64,000 nucleotides of DNA from an uncultured Veillonellaceae bacterium (lineage in GTDB: Bacteria > Bacillota > Negativicutes > JARBTT01). The notes under the pieces are model-generated. The model saw nothing but the letters and a program-made list of their open reading frames with translations. It was not told where the DNA came from and made no database searches. The position numbers were made by a program, and so were the translations under genes. Below, piece by piece: positions 61,391 to 64,000 of the stretch (position 1 is the stretch's first letter; the number at the start of each line of letters is the position of its first letter). The DNA lies in assembly GCA_963805085.1 (NCBI GenBank), contig CAWDTA010000004.1, forward strand, positions 352,001-416,000, given 5' to 3'.

Positions 61391-61429
61391 CTCCTTACCT
61401 TTTTATTTAGTTACAAATTTTGGAAAAGA

Positions 61430-61472
61430 AAGCTTGTCCAGGACGCTCACTATGAGAATCCCGAACAAGCTT
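61430..61472 (-). terminator. Long hairpin between the fdh and mog genes
   Basis: Minus strand AAGCTTGTTCGGGATTCTCA-TAG-TGAGCGTCCTGGACAAGCTT followed by TCTTTT. Confidence 0.55.
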
Positions 61473-61577
61473 ATCAAAAAATCTTTAAGCCTATTTTATT
61501 ATACTACAATCTCAAATAATCGCGCTCAATATTACAATAGACGAGGCCATTCAATTTGAAAATTAAGTCCAATAAAA

Positions 61578-62297
61578 TCAACCTATTTTTGTGTTCGGTT
61601 TTTCTTGATTTATACCAATTGCTTTATCCACTTCTTCACGAGTGATTTCACCTTTGGCGATCAATTCATCAATCCATTTTCCATGATGGGCACTGGCATA
61701 ACGGGCATCAATATTGCCTTCTTGCATACCACGCATGGAATCAGGGTTAACCGATGCCGCCAAATAAATATGGCCAATCGCTGCTGCAAAGCCGATGCCA
61801 GCAGCAATGCTATGTAGCGGGATCATCCAAGCAAGCGTTTCTTTGCCGATCAGTCCGTTACCAAACCAGATTACCAGACCAGAAACGACCAAAAGAAGCC
61901 AGATTATCGCCTGCAGACTTATATTCATTTTCTCGCCGCCATTATAGAAAGTCTGTTTTGGCATTCCTGATGGATGAACACCGATGAGTTCAGGTGGGAA
62001 CTTCTGCATGAAAACCATATCATCTTTATCGAAACTGAGGACTTCCTTGGCCAAGGTACCAAAACCTTTGCGAGCAATCAACATGCCAATTAGAGGCGTC
62101 GCAATGAAGACGACAGCAAATACGCGGTGCAAGATCTGCAGTGTATGTGCGCCAAAGACATCATAGAGGAAACGGAACGTATCCGCATAAAGTGGCAAAG
62201 CCGTCAGAAAAAGCATTAAAAATGAAAATGCATTCAGCCAATGACAGATGATAAAGCTTTTTTCATGACGTGGCACATATTTTTTATCAATCAACAT
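61578..62297 (-). CDS. Formate dehydrogenase cytochrome b (gamma) subunit
   Basis: CHW, LHR, YNGGEK, LHS, GHIY heme-ligand pattern, HHGKW; start 62297 or 62309. Confidence 0.9.
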   Translation of the reverse strand: MLIDKKYVPRHEKSFIICHWLNAFSFLMLFLTALPLYADTFRFLYDVFGAHTLQILHRVFAVVFIATPLIGMLIARKGFGTLAKEVLSFDKDDMVFMQKFPPELIGVHPSGMPKQTFYNGGEKMNISLQAIIWLLLVVSGLVIWFGNGLIGKETLAWMIPLHSIAAGIGFAAAIGHIYLAASVNPDSMRGMQEGNIDARYASAHHGKWIDELIAKGEITREEVDKAIGINQEKPNTKIG

Positions 62298-63108
62298 GCG
62301 AATCCCCACCTTTCCCGTTTTCTTGATGTTCCTTTTGCTTTTTCGCGATGACCTTGCTCAAGGTATAAGCCCCAGCACAGCCGACAATGGCAGCAACGCC
62401 TGCGACCTTTCCAATCGGGCGGATGATATCTTTCCATAAATTCATCGCATCCGATGTCTTAGGATCATCTGGCAGACCATAAACAGAAGGTTTATCGGTC
62501 AAAATGTACGTCATATGAGTCCCGCCTACACCATTTTTATCTACGCCATAAAGCTGAGCATTGGGAAAAGAAGCTTTAACCGCAGTTAAACGTTCTTGAG
62601 CCAAAGCGCTCATTTCTTCTTTTGTTCCAAAATTGATTGCGCTTGCTGTACAAGTCTGTGCACAAGATGGCACCATCCCGTTATCGATACGGTCTACGCA
62701 AAGATTACATTTTGTTGATTTATGCGTTTTTTCATCAATTTTTGGCACGTCAAACGGGCAATTGATGGCGCAATAACCGCAGCCGACACATTTATCCCGA
62801 TCGATCACAACAGCGCCCGTATCAGTTTTACTGATCGCATCTTCCGGGCAGCCCTTCATACAGGCAGGATTCTCGCAGTGCATGCACTGCACTTTGATCA
62901 TATCCCAATGAAACTTGCCGTCTTCGACGCGTTCATTCATTTTCACCAAATTATAAGTCTTCGAGCTCAGACTCTTATGTGACTGGTATTCGCCATCGAA
63001 CGGCGTATTCTCAGCCGGGAGATTTTTCCACTGTTTACAAGCTACCATACAGGCACGACAGCCGGTACATCTTGAAACATCATGCAGCATGGCCATTTCT
63101 TTTGCCAT
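62287..63108 (-). CDS. Formate dehydrogenase 4x[4Fe-4S] (beta) subunit
   Basis: CTGCRACMVAC, CMHCENPAC, CVGCGYC, KCNLC, C-terminal TM anchor. Confidence 0.92.
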   Translation of the reverse strand: MAKEMAMLHDVSRCTGCRACMVACKQWKNLPAENTPFDGEYQSHKSLSSKTYNLVKMNERVEDGKFHWDMIKVQCMHCENPACMKGCPEDAISKTDTGAVVIDRDKCVGCGYCAINCPFDVPKIDEKTHKSTKCNLCVDRIDNGMVPSCAQTCTASAINFGTKEEMSALAQERLTAVKASFPNAQLYGVDKNGVGGTHMTYILTDKPSVYGLPDDPKTSDAMNLWKDIIRPIGKVAGVAAIVGCAGAYTLSKVIAKKQKEHQENGKGGDSHVD

Positions 63109-63133
63109 GTATACCACTCCTTTATCTTTGAAA

Positions 63134-63988
63134 CTATATTAGAGAGTTACCTTTTTGCTTAAGTCCTTCTTCTTCTGCTACCATATCCAAATGAAGCGTT
63201 GTCCAGTCGGCCAGATAAATCGCTTCTTTACCTTCATTTAGGTAAGTTTTGATGTAAGACTGGCATTCATCGCATACATCTATTCGCATTTCCGGTTCTG
63301 CTTCGCTTTCGAGCAAGCGAAGTTTATTCAAATCCTCGTTGCCACAACAAACGCAGCCGATACGCTTATAATGCCAAATCTCATGGCAATTACCGCAGAC
63401 AAGGTGGCGTTCACGCCCTTGGTTCTTTTTCTTGAGCTGTGCCAATACTGGCAAAGAACCGCAAACTGGACAATAATTTCGATCCCAGTTAAGGTCTTTT
63501 TGCCATTCGTCTTTTTCCTTCTCTAATGGCACCAATACACGCGAAACTGCAAGCCATACGATATAACTCAAAGCGTTTGCGTTCAGTTCTTTCTTTTCAC
63601 AAAAACTACGAATACTATCCCCTTCTTGACAAAGGACATAACCGATCATTTCTGTTGCGGCGTTTTCAGCCAGATATCCCTCTAGCGATTGGCAAAAGCT
63701 TTTTAAGGCTTCTGGAATCTCCTCTTTTAGTAACCCCTGAATCAGTTTGCGCATCACATTTTCAACAGGCTTGCCTAATGCTACCTGAAAATCTGCATGC
63801 TGTAACAGCGGGATTCCTTGTTTAAAATCTTCTGCATAAGCAGAAAAAGACGGCAAAGAAAATTTTTCCACATCAAGCTCAGCTAAAATCGCTTCCGCTC
63901 CTGTATGGAGCTTACCGATTTCCTGCAAAAAAGGATGTTTCTCAAGATATGCCGAGAGCAGTTCCTTTTTCCCGTTATTACTATTCAT
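63134..63988 (-). CDS. fdhE: Formate dehydrogenase accessory protein
   Basis: CPVCGSLP, RHLVCGNC...W..KRIGCVCCG, CDECQSYIK, TLHLD. Confidence 0.92.
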   Translation of the reverse strand: MNSNNGKKELLSAYLEKHPFLQEIGKLHTGAEAILAELDVEKFSLPSFSAYAEDFKQGIPLLQHADFQVALGKPVENVMRKLIQGLLKEEIPEALKSFCQSLEGYLAENAATEMIGYVLCQEGDSIRSFCEKKELNANALSYIVWLAVSRVLVPLEKEKDEWQKDLNWDRNYCPVCGSLPVLAQLKKKNQGRERHLVCGNCHEIWHYKRIGCVCCGNEDLNKLRLLESEAEPEMRIDVCDECQSYIKTYLNEGKEAIYLADWTTLHLDMVAEEEGLKQKGNSLI

Positions 63989-64000
63989 TCTTTATCCACC

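Noticed and set aside
61390-61560. Moco riboswitch or ModE box upstream of mog
   Set aside because: Only one long hairpin, lacking the multi-stem Moco motif; ATCG...CGA spacing and internal TATAT half-sites do not fit ModE.

Overview
AT-rich chromosomal window from a diderm Firmicute (Negativicutes, Sporomusaceae/Selenomonadales-like; inferred from an SLH-domain OmpM-type porin alongside Firmicute-type PTS, sigma54 and MCP genes). It is mostly a series of minus-strand carbon-catabolic modules: a sigma54/LevR-controlled cellobiose-type PTS operon with a CyuA-like Fe-S lyase, a hexuronate (uxu/uxa) operon, a large galactan/lactose/galactose (tagatose-6-P) locus containing a porin paralogue and a secreted GH53 galactanase, a pyrimidine nucleoside operon, hxlAB, molybdopterin biosynthesis genes and the 3' part of a formate dehydrogenase cluster. 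No rRNA, tRNA or CRISPR array was seen. Best leads: (1) a GPH/MFS sugar transporter fused to an intact-looking PTS EIIB domain; (2) a porin + galactanase + dual-PTS locus that looks like a Negativicutes-style polysaccharide utilisation system, but with a multiply broken lacC; (3) an unannotated small ORF with a fully overlapping antisense transcription unit (candidate type I toxin-antitoxin) beside an XRE-repressor remnant; (4) a UgtP-like glycosyltransferase + cytoplasmic phospholipase C operon behind a Pho-box-like array; (5) a family of terminator hairpins whose near-identical copies flank accessory gene blocks as direct repeats. All calls come from reading the sequence and recalled motif knowledge; no searches were run.
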